NCBI GenBank assembly: GCA_951406725.2 | Contig: OX597818.1 | Location: 144,832,001-144,896,000, forward strand | From: Octopus vulgaris | Lineage: Eukaryota | Reading direction: 5' to 3' | Length of the DNA stretch: 64,000 nt | Shown: one piece after another, positions 1-12,916 of the stretch | Numbering within the stretch: the stretch's first letter is position 1 | Layout: every line of letters starts with the position of its first letter | Translations under genes and position numbers: made by a program | The notes under the pieces: generated by a model | The model's input: the letters and a program-made list of their open reading frames with translations, nothing else | The model's database searches: none | Told to the model about the DNA's origin: nothing

Positions 1-2536
1 GTGAATCTCCAATAATATGGAACTGCATATCAAGAGTGTGTAATGTGGCTCTCGACCATGTTTAAACAGTGGAATCTCTCTGCGGATCACAATCGTTCAA
101 CCGACAACTACATCAGCCAACACACTCAACTTGCTAGAAACAACAGCTAAATCTTCCTTTAACCACATTCTACTCCCTTGAAAAAAAAGGTGACATTAGA
201 TAAGGTATCACAGGGTACTTGCATCAACATTATCATTTCATGTCTTTTCGCAAATTTGCATAGGCAAGACAAATATTCTTTAACACAGTGTTTTGCAAAA
301 GATAAAAAATAAATATAAAAAATAAGACGAGATGGTCATGGCTCAAGTATCTTAGACCAGTAGTAGAGGAAACTTTTTAGTATCAGTAGCAAATTCTAAA
401 TACAAAAGATCCTGTGGTACTGATGCCTATGTGCTGAAAAAAATAATGAAATGTTAATTTAACAAATTCATAGAAAGGTAACTTTAAATTGTTGCTTTGG
501 TTTTAAGTCTTAAACTATTTTGTAACTTTATAGGAAAAGGTTGGTCTTTTAAGGGTTTGATATCCTTTGGGTTTATATCATTTATGGAGAGTTAGTGAAA
601 TCAACCTCAACATTGCGCTGCTGTTTATTGTATCAATGTTGATGTCAAGAAAGAGAAAGTGAATACTGATAGAATTTGAACACACGTCATGTGCTGGTCC
701 TACAATAAAATACACTCAGTACACTCTATAAAGTGGTTGGTGTTAGGAGGGGAATTCAACAATAGAAACCAGGCCGAATATGGAACATACAAGTGAGATG
801 TGGTCCTCTGACTTATCTAAGACAAAAACTACAAATAAGAACTAATGAACTGTCCGACCCCTGCAGGAAAAGTGGATCCAATATGACTATGATGAAGATG
901 AGATGATGACGACAGTGAAAATAAAGGGTTGAAATTATATTACAGTAGGATCTTTTGTCTGGTGCTACACAACACCTGCCGTTCACATAAGCCTTAGGGA
1001 ATCTAACGAGGGGTGGGGAATGAGTCACTTGTGGTCATTTGACCTGCTAAATATAGAAGTTAAATCTCCTCTACATCACACTTTTTCATTTTAAACAAAA
1101 CAAGGACACCTCAGTCAAGGATGCCCAGGGGATGAATAATCACAATTAACCTTTGATAAAAAAAAAAAACCAAACAGAAAGCAAGCAAACAAACAAACAA
1201 AAATATAGCAATCATCCACATGTGAGGATGACCTAGTAGCAAGTACCATGTTTTTGCTAATTGTTTTGTGAGCAAAGGCATTTGCTTGGATCCCCTGCCC
1301 TTGACTCAGTGAAATAATGAGGATGTAACAGCTGGAGGTGGTAAGGGCTGGAATTCATTTTCAACTGAATAGACTGGAATTAAGTGAAATGGAGTGGCTT
1401 GCTCAAGGACACAATGTACCACCCAGTCCAGGAATCAAACTTGTAACCTTATGTGAGTCTTCTAAAATTTATGCACATTCTAACCACTAGGCATGCATCA
1501 CCACCACCACCACGACCATGACCAGCAGTAGCAGCACCACTACCACCACCACCACCAACAACAACAATAACAACAACAATTATTAACAAAAAATGTTAAA
1601 ATAAATATTTAACAAAAAATGTCAGCATGTAAAAATGAAGAAAAAAAAAAGAAATCATTTGATTACCCCTTAACCACCAGAACATCTTGAAGGCCCAAAC
1701 ATTTGGTGAAAGATCTTAGGCAAGGTATTGTCATCAATATTGAGGATGTGCCAGCAAAGTAAGAAAGAAATAGGGGGTGGGTAAGTAGGGACATAAAAAG
1801 AAAGGAGGCTGGAACGAAGGATAAGAGAAATTCATATACATATACAAAAATGAAAAATAGTACCCCCCACCCAACCGATTATAACTTTTTAAATCAAGAA
1901 GTATAAAAATAAAAGAAAAAAAGACAAGTGCAGAAAAACCCCGGAAACGGACAAGACAGATCTCTTGTTAAGGGCTAGCAGAGATCCCGGATAAGCTTAG
2001 GGTAAGATCCAAGAAAGATCTAAGAGAAGTCAAGTTAGTAAAGGTCCAAGAATAAATCATGGAAAATCCAGGGAAGTTTAGGGTAATATCCAAGTTTGAT
2101 TAAATAAAATATGATCCTGGTACTTCCGTGCAGTGTTTCAAACAATGGACAGTTTGTGTGAGTGTGTGCAGGGGAGAGGTTTGTGTGAGTGTGTGCAGGG
2201 GAGAGGTTTGTGTGTGTCTAACGTGAAGTGATGCATGTATATCTGGTGTGTATGTGTGTGTATGTAACGTGATGTGCTGGATGTGTATCTGGTGTGTGTG
2301 TGTGTATGGGGTGTGCATGTGTGTGAGTGTGGTGTGTGAGTGTGTGTTATGATGGGTGGAAGAGAAACAAAGTATGAAGTAAAAATCTTAAATCAGTCTA
2401 ACAAAAAGGTGGATAGACGGATGGAAAAATAGATATGGATGGATGGACAGATGGAAGGATAGCCAGCAAGCTGGATGAATGGATGGAAGGATGAATAAAT
2501 AAAAGGATGAAATGTTAGCTACCTGGATGGATAGGT

Positions 2537-2588
<52 letters not shown>

Positions 2589-3519
2589 TGGATAGCTAGA
2601 AAAATGGACAGCTAGATGAACAGGTATAAGGATAAAATAGTTCAACTGATAGATGAGTGGATAGACAGATAGAAGAATAGATATATAGATGGACAGATGG
2701 ATAGATAGAAGGATAGATAGAGGGAAGGGTAGATAAATGAATGGATAGTTAGATGGTTAGACAAATAGAGAGATAGATGGATGGCTATCTAGCTAGTTAG
2801 ACAGACAGACAGATAATGAAGAGGCAGGGTAGGCTTGTGGTGAGTGAACATCTAAACCCACAGTATTAGTTTAGATCAGATGTGCATTTGTTTTGTCTGG
2901 TCTGTCTTGTTTGGTGGTTTTGTCTAGCCTGATTCTATCCAGTCTGGTCCAGTCAACAGGCTCTCATAAACATTTACTGTTCCTGTCAATGGTACCCTTG
3001 CCGCTATCACATACAGCAGACACACACACATACATAGATGAATACATGCATACATACATACATGTATATATACATATCTATTCACATAATGTATATATAC
3101 TTCTTCCTTCTATTGATGCATAGATGGAAATTCAAGAAAAAACAGAAATAAAAATAAAACACATACATAACCTGATTCACCCCTTTCCACCACCCACCTG
3201 GACAAGTATGGAATACCCTCCATCACTTATTGATGACAATGTGTAATATGTAGTATAGTGTGTATATATATATGTGTGTGTATGGGTGTACCAATATGTG
3301 TGTTGGATTAAAGTGACTGTATACAATGTGTATATATTTCTGTGTTTGAGTGAATGAATGAGAGTATAGAGTGTATGTGTGTGTGTGTGTGTGTGTGATT
3401 GTGTCAGAGTGTGCGTGTGTGTGTGCGTGTGTGTGTGTGTGTGTGTGCATGAGTTTGTGAGGGTGTGTTAATGTGTTCGTGAGTAACCTTATATGATTGT
3501 GTGGAAGTAAATGCATTTG

Positions 3520-3593
<74 letters not shown>

Positions 3594-3835
3594 GAGATGA
3601 ACATAGACACATCAGTAAACATATCATATTTATCAGAATGATAAAAGGATACACAACAAACAGAGATAAACAAATATAAATGAAAACAAAGTAAAAAACA
3701 AAGTAAAAAACAAACTTCCACTCCCTGCCATAAAAAAGAAAGAAAAGTTGCAGATTTTCTTTCAGTGTATTTATTTATTTATTTATTTGTTTTTGATTGT
3801 TGCATAGAAAATCCATCAACATCATATATAACAGC

Positions 3836-3994
3836 CATCATCATCATCATCACCATCATCATCATCATTGCCAACATCCTCATTATCATCATCACCGTCA
3901 CCATCACCATCATCAACATCATCACTGTCACCATCATCATCATCCTCATCATCATCACTGTCACCATCACCATCATCAACATCATCACTGTCAC

Positions 3995-4026
<32 letters not shown>

Positions 4027-4060
4027 CTGTCACCATCATCATCATCATCCTCATCATCGT
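3836..4060. repeat. (CAT)n/(CAC)n compound microsatellite with an internal higher-order duplication
   Basis: Direct reading; it explains the poly-His, Ile, Met and Ser ORFs at 3765-4113. Confidence 0.95.
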
Positions 4061-4504
4061 CTCCTCAGGTCACTATTTTCATGAGCTTTTTTTCTATTGA
4101 CGTTCTTCATTAACCATTCACTCTTATCACTCACACTCCACCTACTGTCATTGTCTCTCTCTCTCTCTCTCTCTTACTCACTATGTGTGTGAGTGTCTCA
4201 TGTCCATCCTCTCCCCTGCCCACTGTAACATTTGCACACCCAAATCCACCTCCACCCGACTCATCTCCCACCCCCCAAGTCCAATTTGGACAGTTGGCTT
4301 ATATCAATCCAATCACAAGAGGACAAAATAAAATCAATTGTTCCTCTGGCACCTCCCCTCACACTCACCACCTCCAACAACAACAACAACAACATCACTC
4401 TCACCAATATCAGCATCACCAACAGCACTATCGTTGTCATCAACAACACCAGCTCATTTAAAGTGCTTGTGAAAATAGTTGTGGCCAGTTTTAGCTGGAG
4501 GGAG

Positions 4505-4505
4505 G

Positions 4506-4590
<85 letters not shown>
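4505..4590. repeat. (GA)n microsatellite (similar tracts at 3522-3590, 9587-9669, 43466-43560)
   Basis: Direct reading; source of the ERERER/LSLSLS ORFs. Confidence 0.98.
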
Positions 4591-4594
<4 letters not shown>

Positions 4595-5529
4595 TGGGTA
4601 AAGTAGTGACTGACAGCAGGCAGGTGAATGAGTGGGTGGATGATTATTGTAGTAAGGTGGTGTGTGTGTGTGTGTGAAGAATAAACAGGGTGGCAAGCTG
4701 TTCCACAGAGCATCAATTAACACATGGCATAAACCACTGCTTCATTTTCAGTTTGAGAGCTGATAGATAGTCATGTGATTACATGTTTTAAAGACTCACA
4801 TATAAACATATACACAATGTTCCTATGGGGATCCCTTAATTGGAAAGCTCTACAGAAAACTTCTTCAAAAATCAGATTTAATTAAATCTTTGATAATTAC
4901 AAGACCTCATGGGCTGCATATTGCGAGTCATTAGAGCCTCATACAGAATACTTTGGGACATTCTAGCTCTCTGCATTCTGAGTTCAAGTTCTACTGAACT
5001 TGACTGCTTTTCATTCTTTTAAGGTTCAATAAATGAGGCAGGAGTCCTGCCCAAGAAGTCAATAAGGTACCAGTTCTCTCTTTCTGGAAGCAATCAGCTG
5101 TGGCTCATCTGAATTGGTGTAGGTCCCATCTAAGACACTTTAAGAAACAGTAGCAAGCCCATTTCTTTTATACTAGCTAAGTCTGGAGGAACAGACAATT
5201 TCCATGAACACTAACGACATCACTAGTCTCACTAGTCTCACTGTCTTTCACGGCTGGAGAGCTTGATACCATTAATGTTCTATTTAAACGGTTGCAGGCC
5301 AAAATCTGCAGCAATTATGGGCCCCAAAAAAGGTAGGGTGAAGATTCATAGGGACTAATAGAAAAGGCTTATGTTAGCAAATGCCAAGTCAATACGAATG
5401 AAATTGTTGTTGCTGAACACTAGGTCAACCTTGATTAAGAAGATCTGTAATCAAAGGAATTCCGGCCCAGACCATCACCTTCTCTTTTGTTTTTCATTCA
5501 CAATATATCTATAAACTACATTATTTAAT

Positions 5530-5689
5530 ACAGTTCTACATCTAAGAGAAGAGGAATTATGTACATATGATATTTGTCCTCATCTTGTTTGTTGTTAACA
5601 CAACGTTTCAGCTGATATACCATCCAGCCTTCATCAGGTGTCTTGGGGAAATTTCGAACCTGGGTTCTCATTCCTAAGGTATTTTTCAA

Positions 5690-5728
<39 letters not shown>

Positions 5729-5731
5729 TAC

Positions 5732-5765
<34 letters not shown>

Positions 5766-5837
5766 ATCACTGCTTGGATTCAAACTCGAAATCTTGGGGT
5801 TAGTAACCTGTGCTCTTAACTACTATGCCATATGCCC
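5530..5837 (-). mobile_element. tRNA-headed SINE with (AAT)n linker and hammerhead-bearing tail
   Basis: Minus strand begins GGGCATATGGCATAGTAGTTAAGAGC (A box) ... GAGTTTGAATCC (B-box-like), then (AAT)n, then a tail shared with 5838-5971 and 19427-19620. Confidence 0.8.
5597..5642 (-). ncRNA. Minimal type I hammerhead ribozyme motif
   Basis: Minus strand gacac-CUGAUGA-a-ggcug(gaugguauau)cagcu-GAAAC-GUU-guguu: stem I gacac/guguu, stem II, core boxes and self-complementary stem III (AACGUU). Confidence 0.8.
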
Positions 5838-5971
5838 AACATTGAAAAATACATTAGGAATGAGAACCCAGGTTCGAAATTTCCCCAAGGCTGGAGGGTA
5901 TATCAGCCGAAATGTTGTGTTAACAACAAACAAGATGAGGACAAATATCCGTCAAATGTAAATAATGTAAA
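5838..5971 (+). mobile_element. Inverted partial copy of the same SINE tail, with the CUGAUGA box deleted
   Basis: Reverse complement of ~5570-5693; reads ccccaag|gctggagg, lacking acacctgatgaag. Confidence 0.85.
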
Positions 5972-6499
5972 TACATTATTTAATGTATCTTTGTATTTTT
6001 TTCAAAAATGATTTTAAGTGATTTGAAGGAGATTAAGTTCATATTTCTATCAGGTTCTGTAACTGTAGAGCAGGTCAAGGGTCTTTTTAATATTCAGAAT
6101 GAACTGCAAGTGTACAAGAACCTGTAGGAACACACATGTACTGAAAAAACTAATGTCCCTTTAATTTTACAAATTGATGGGTGTCTAATCAATATTAAAT
6201 TACTGGCTTGAACCTTTTTTCTTTCATATAGGGTTCTAAAGAAATTTGTCAATGGCAGTCTCAAATTTAAAGGTAGGTAAAATTTTACCTGCAGTCAAAG
6301 GGCTTCTAACACATCCTTCACTGTTAATACAAAGAGTATGTTAGAGCACCGAAGGGAGAAATATAATTTTGAGGAGAGGTTTTTTTTTATTATTCATGCC
6401 AGGCTTTGTTTTAAATAAATATTTATTGTATTATATAACACAGGCTTTATTTTAATCAGCTATTTATCCATTACATAACACACAATCAATTATTTGAGA

Positions 6500-7860
6500 T
6501 TTTTACTGAAGAAACATCTCTGCTTACTTTATGCCTGTTATGCATAAGATGATAAACCTCATTTGCAGACTAGCATCTGGAACAGCATTCATGATAATAT
6601 CACTTATTTACTTCATTAATAAAATGTTAAATTTGGCTCTGTAAGGACATTCCGTTGTGTCCATAAACTTTCCCATACTTGTCTGCCCACTGGGGATTTT
6701 TGATGTTGCCCCTGCCTCATATACAAGTGTCTCTATGTTGTCTCTGTATGAGCATTCTAACACTGTTTCATGTGTGGGCCTACTTAATGATATTTTTTAT
6801 TTAGATGCACAGCTCTTCAGGTATGCCTATCAAAAGTTTTAAAGAATCTATTCATATGAGGAAAGTATTTATCCACTAATCTAAAGAAAAACTTACCTCT
6901 CTTTAGGGAGAAAGTGGGTCTGAACCACAAAACTTTCTGGTGGCGCACTTTTTCTTTCTTAGAGGGGGTTAGGATCTAGCATGTAATTAATCCTATCCTA
7001 AAAGCTGCAGACAACTAGAACCTCATTGTAGTAGAGGGTAGTGACATCAAAACTGTTTACTTGAAGACCAGCTGGAGATTTTTCTGCTGACCCCTTTTAC
7101 TAGGTTCCTGAACACTATGGCTGGATGACAGAAAGCTGTGTTAATGTCTGTCTGCCTCTCATTCAGTTTCCTAAAGAGCCTATAGGCACTGGATTCCAAG
7201 TTCAATGTCATATGAAGAAAGTTAACTGTCTTCAGGCTGGTTTCTATTGTGACCTTGGGTTCAAGAGTATTCATGGAATGGGAGGTCCTTCCTAAGTCTA
7301 TTGCAAGTGTGATCGTTCACTCTTCTTGATATCGTCAAAGCATTGTACCTGTGGAGAGCAAAGCTAGCAGGGAACTAAGTAAGCTCAGGACAAAAAAAAA
7401 ATTTTTTTTTAAATCATACACTTCAGCCTCATGAAATGCCCCCATTGCTAAATCAAATGAGCCTTCTAGCCAAGAGCATTTGGTTCAAGCCAACCCCTTG
7501 CTGAAGAGTAGAGTCTTTCTGGCATGCATGATAATGCTTTCATCTTCATCTCTAATCTCAGTATAGATACTACCAAATCCAGTGCCCTATACAATAACAC
7601 CCTTGATGCAGACAGGTAACAATCCACAATATCAAAATTAGGTAAACCTTGATCCACCCCTGTTGCTGTTGGTTTTAAACCATGTGATGATCTTGCTGGT
7701 GTTACACCAGAGAGTGAGGCCTCATTGTTGATTTTTCTGATCAGCTACTTGCTTATGAGGCCATTCTCAGACTTTGCAAGGTTGATCAGATGACATTTGG
7801 GGTTAGAAGCAAAGTTTGGTTTATGGTCTTTGATCATTACAAGGGTCTCTTTCTTTGCTA
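6500..7860 (-). mobile_element. Degraded Penelope-like retroelement (RT, thumb and C-terminal region)
   Basis: Minus-strand peptides IKDHKPNFASNPKCHLINLAKSE (~7770-7840), FDLAMGAFHEAEVYD (~7415-7460), VNFLHMTLNL..YRLFRK...CHP (ORF 7047-7274) and KVLWFRPTFS (~6910-6940) match PLE RT motifs in the expected order; many stops and frameshifts. Confidence 0.85.
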
Positions 7861-7861
7861 T

Positions 7862-8130
7862 CAATCTGGGTATAAGAGGAACTGGCCGCAGTATGTAAGA
7901 AAGAAAATTGAACTAATATGGACATGTGGATGAGGAACATTTAGAAAGATAAGAACAGAAATGGTGAAGGCTAGTCTTAGGATGCTAAATCTCACGAAGG
8001 AACGTAAAAAGTACTGCAATAAATGTGATGCAGTGCTGGAGAAGACCTGTCAAATCCAGGCAAATTGGACATGAAATAATTATGGTGACACATGCAGATT
8101 ATACCCATCAATGTAGATGGTAGTCAACAA
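7862..8130 (+). mobile_element. Old, degraded RTE LINE 3' end
   Basis: Similar to the reverse complement of 20520-20800 (LGIRG, YGHV and AVLEKT remnants). Confidence 0.6.
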
Positions 8131-9591
8131 AGGAAATACTAGTAAAAGTAATGGTTAAAGAAAATAATCACCAAAATTCAATTCCTTCAGTGAGAAGAAA
8201 TTGACAAAAAAAAGAGAAAGACTAGCTCATGTAAAAACTTTAAAATTTAATTATGTAAAAAAACAACAAATTTCAGTTTAATAAATATTTACATAGATAT
8301 ATACTGCATTTAATAAGTTACATGTCATGATATGTAATCGCCTCATTAGAACACATATTACCAAATAGAAATTAATGGAAGTGTATGCTTCATTCATAAC
8401 TAAATGAATGCCACACCTATCGTCAACAAACCTTTTAAATACTGCGTAATGGATAGAAAGGTGTTTTTCTTTCTCTTTTTATAGAGACATTAATTTTTAT
8501 TCTCTCCTAAAACACATTATCTTTCATAAGTGCAAACAATAGCTGCTTCATTAAATATTTATATTTTTAAAGGGAAATCTAATCAGTGAGTCTGTGAGCC
8601 ACTGCAACACAGAAAGACAAGAGATTGTTCTAAAATTCAATGTTGAATGCTTCAATTATGCAGCTCAATGGTTCCCAATTAACAATTCATACATTTTCTT
8701 TCTTTATGTTTTTGTTTGTAGTGCATGTTGCATTGTGGCTCTTATGCTTTCTCATGGTTTATTACATAACATATTCACAAACAATTTACATTTTATTGAC
8801 TATTTCAAAAACGTTAAAGAATTTTCTTTGTGACAGAATTATTATTATTATACTGTAACCCATTTGGGGTATCAAAACAAAATATTTCCTCGAATCAAGA
8901 AGATTGTCCCAAATATTAGATAGATGAATGTCAGAGGCTTTTTGTGTATGGTTTTTAAAAAAAATATCTTATTCAAAGGAGGAAGGGTAGCGTCCATGAT
9001 ATTTTAAAGTGATCCTGAGTCTGGTGTGGAAGGAAGATGTCTGAATGATTGCAACGGAGTGGGCTCCATTAAAATCTACCAAGTGCCAGAGTTAAAGTGG
9101 GAAACTGGTAAATTCTACCACTTGTATGAGTCATAGAGATTATCTTGAGACATCTTTCATATTGCAGCAGCTAAAACTCAGTCTGGACATCAGAGAAACT
9201 GAGTTCCAGAAGTGCTGGGAATTTCACCAACACAAAACAATAAAACTTTCCACACACCCTACCCCAACAAACTAAACTACATCTCTTCCCTCCCTCTCAT
9301 TTTCTCTTCATGCACTAGACTTACATCTTGTCCTGTCCTACACTACTCTTGGCCCTTATGCTTCTTTGGCAATGCCCTGCTACTTGTATATGCTGTCCAT
9401 ACCTTGGGGGTATGCTCTGGCACTTGCCATCACCTATCTCTCTCTTCCTTTATTCTACCATTCCCAATTATATTCTGATCCCCGATTCCTTGTGAGTATG
9501 TCTTTGCACTTCACCACCACCTCCCACTTGCTCTCTTTTGCACTCTTGCTGTCTCCCACTCTCTCTTTCTCTTGCTCCAGTGTGGGCGAGA

Positions 9592-9671
<80 letters not shown>

Positions 9672-11764
9672 CTGTATGACAAACAACAACCTAATGACAC
9701 CGTTACGCAGAAAGAGTGTGGGCAGGTGACATTTTATTCAATCCAGCTATACAGTTTCATTCTCTGCAAACAAAGCTAACTTGGTGCCTTGTCCAAAAAC
9801 AATTTTACATTGGTAGGAGGCCACAGATTTGTATGGAAGTGGCTAAATTGATCTCAGTGTATCACTGGTGCTAATGTTAATGACAATGGAGGGATCTTCA
9901 GAGTCTACATCAACTGTAACAATTTTCAGGTATGGCTGTATGGTAGAGCAGCTTGGATCCTACCTTGATCCAAACCATGTGAGTGAAATTGGGAAGATAG
10001 AAACTGCATGGAAGCCCATTGGAAAGTAGATTCTGTCATTCAATTTAATGCCACCACTGGTCCATTATGCGCCAATAGTGAATTGATTCTTTTACAGGTA
10101 TTAGAGCATGATTTCAAACTGAGTTGTAGTTCCTTCTTCTTCTTCTTCTTACTAGGCTTGGATGTCTTGCCATGTGTGGAAAGGCCCTCTTCTGTCTAAC
10201 TCATATCCCAAACAAGTTATGAGCAATTTCCTTTCACCTTGAATCTAGTGGTGGGTGGAAGTGGAGATTCTTCATTATCCATTTGGGCATTCACTATCCA
10301 CTGGGCGGGTTCAATGTATCGTAGGCAAATCAAACAAAAGGAGCCCATCCCTCTTCAAGTTACACTCCCACTTACTGTAGCAAAAGTTGAGTTCACTTCT
10401 ACAAACTAATGGAAAATTCCTTAATTTCTATGCAACTTTCACTACTTTAAAACAGAGAGCAGTAGTACACAAAAGGCATCTATTTACAAATGGGTGGATT
10501 ATGTTGTTGCAAGATAATTGGCCTTTGATTTTAATAGAGTGCAGAGCCAGTAACCAGTTTCAACCCTTTCCCCTTCCTTTGCCAATCCATCGACTGCTAA
10601 AGTGGCAGCTTATTGACTCACCTGCTCAAGCTGTTGTTTAGACCCTGTCCAATCCAGATTGGATAAAACTTCTATTAAAGGTGGTTCAGCAATGAACCTT
10701 TTGTATGCCAGGGACTAAATTATCTGACATGTTCTTTCTTTTCTTCTTAAAAATAACATGATTTGAGGAAATTTTGCTGCTATTTCTAGAAACTAGGGCT
10801 ACTGCCTGGAAGCTCTATCATTTCCTCTTTGAAGGCAATAATTAAAAACAAAACAAAACACTACACTAAAAAAAAAACATTATGTTAAAAAAAACTGTTC
10901 TCCATTCGGTTGACCTATTTTAAGGCATGTGCATGCATGTATGTATATATGCACATATGCATATACATACACAACATCATTCTCCAGTAAACCATCCTTT
11001 AAATCAAATCGATATTTGTACCACAAAACAGTTGCAAGTAAAAACAATTGCAGCTGCCCCTCCTCCTCTCCATACAAACCACACACACATAGGAACAGAT
11101 ACGCTGTAAGACTTGTGCATACAAGCACACACAAAGAGACATGCACATAGATATAATCTAAACTATTAACAGCTAACCAAAACAAAACTCCTCCCAATCC
11201 TGAATGAAAAAGAAAAGACAGAAAGGGGAAAGAGAGAGTGAGGGAGGAGGAGAGAAACAGAAGGAGAGAGGGGAAACAAGATCCCAAGGGGACACTATTA
11301 TATAAAGGAGAGGCAGTTATGACTGCAAGTACGAACATGCAGTTTTATATCCTACACTAATCAGTAGCTTGTTAGCATTAAGGAGTATTATTAACAGGAG
11401 TGGGTGAGTGGCATGGTTGGAGAAGAGAGTATATATGCAATTTAGTTTCATCCCTCTACTCCCTGAGTTACAATCCCCATTATCGTTAAACATTATCGAT
11501 GTATAGGGAAAGCAGAGTGAGAGGAGTTGTGTTGTTTTTCACATCTATTTTTAACATGCTGACATGGGTCGGAAGATATTCATTAAGTGTTCTATGACTG
11601 GAAGTCCTTCCTGTTGTTGTTTCAACTAAGATGTTTTTAATTGGCTGGTCTTCAAAAGAGCTGAGCTACACTTTCATGGAAGATGTGAAGAAGTGATAAT
11701 ATGGTTCAAACAGTGTCAATATAAAGACACGTGGAAACACAAATACATACATGTGTGTGTGTGC

Positions 11765-11804
<40 letters not shown>

Positions 11805-11806
<2 letters not shown>

Positions 11807-12073
11807 TCTTTTATTTGTTTCAGTCATTTGACTGCAGCCATCCTGGAGCACCGCATTAAGTCGAACAAATGGACCCAGGACTTATTTTTTGTAAATCTAG
11901 TACTTACTCTATCTGTCTCTTTTGGCAAACTGCTAAGTTACAGGGACATAAACACACCAACATCGGTTGTCAAGTGGCAATGGTGGGGGGACAAACACAG
12001 ACACACACATACATATACATATAAATCTATATATATGTATCTATCTGTAAATATATATATATATATATATATG

Positions 12074-12132
<59 letters not shown>

Positions 12133-12690
12133 CTATCTATAAATATAAATAAATATATATATATATCATCATCATCATCATCGTCGTTTAACGTCACATA
12201 TATAAATATATATATATATATCAATTGCAGCGTGGAAGGTGCTTATAAGCCATTTAAGAAACACACAAAAACTGTTAGATTCACTTCAACATTTAAATTT
12301 GTCAAAATATTTTCGTCATGGTCTCAAAGCACCGAAAATATTTTGACAAATTAAATTTAAATGTTGAATTGAATCTAACAGTTTTTGTGTGTTTCTTAAA
12401 TGGCTTCTAAACACCTTCCACATTGCAATTGTTTTCATTCCAGCACACAATCTCAGATCAGGTCACTTGCTATGCAAGTACATCTCATAATATATATATA
12501 TCTATAAATATAAATATATATATATATATATGATGGGCTTCTTTCAGTTACTCTCAACGAAATCCACATACAATGCTTTGGTTGGCATGAAGCTATAATA
12601 GAGGATACTTGCTCAAGGTGCCATGCAGTGGGACTGAACCTGGAACTATGTGGTTGCTAAGCAAGCTACTTACCACACAGCCACTTTGGC
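11805..12690 (-). mobile_element. Modular tRNA-derived SINE (head 12690-12530, tail 12000-11805) with insertions in its internal microsatellite
   Basis: Head tgtgtggtaagtagcttgc...ggttcagtcccactgc and tail ...cagtcaaatgactgaaacaa recur at 29910-30272, 44015-44392 and 51000-51435. Confidence 0.8.
12222..12431. repeat. Foldback inverted repeat, ~95-bp arms and 17-nt loop
   Basis: caattgcagcgtggaagg...aaaatattttcg (12222-12315) versus cgaaaatatttt...ccttccacattgcaattg (12333-12431). Confidence 0.92.
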
Positions 12691-12737
12691 ATGTATGTAT
12701 GCATGTATGTATGTATGCATGCATGCATGCATGTATT

Positions 12738-12906
12738 ACCGTGATCGCTGTGACCGACCAGACTATCAGATGTTGCAACACATCGCTGGTCACAATGCAC
12801 TTCGCATTGTTTTAGCCTTCGAATGACGCCACTTCGCTGGCTAAGCGAGCAGGCCAACAGAAGAAAGAGTGAGAGAAAGTTGTGGCGAAAGAGTACAGCA
12901 GGGATC
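12738..12906 (-). mobile_element. 5'-truncated SINE, same family as 40056-40345 and 60208-60478
   Basis: Shared gtgaccgaccag...cagaagaaagagtgagagaaagttgtggcgaaagagtacagcagggatc. Confidence 0.85.
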
Positions 12907-12916
12907 TGTTTATACA

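Noticed and set aside
1237-1290. Hairpin with a miR-87-like GTGAGCAAAG arm
   Set aside because: Match limited to the seed region, large bulge, and it lies beside SINE sequence
3791-3812. ttttgattgttgcatagaaaat resembles mature miR-315
   Set aside because: Mismatches to the recalled mature sequence and no complementary 3' arm to form a pre-miRNA
3765-4113. Poly-His, poly-Ile, poly-Ser and poly-Met ORFs
   Set aside because: Read-through of a (CAT)n microsatellite open in several frames; no other coding signal
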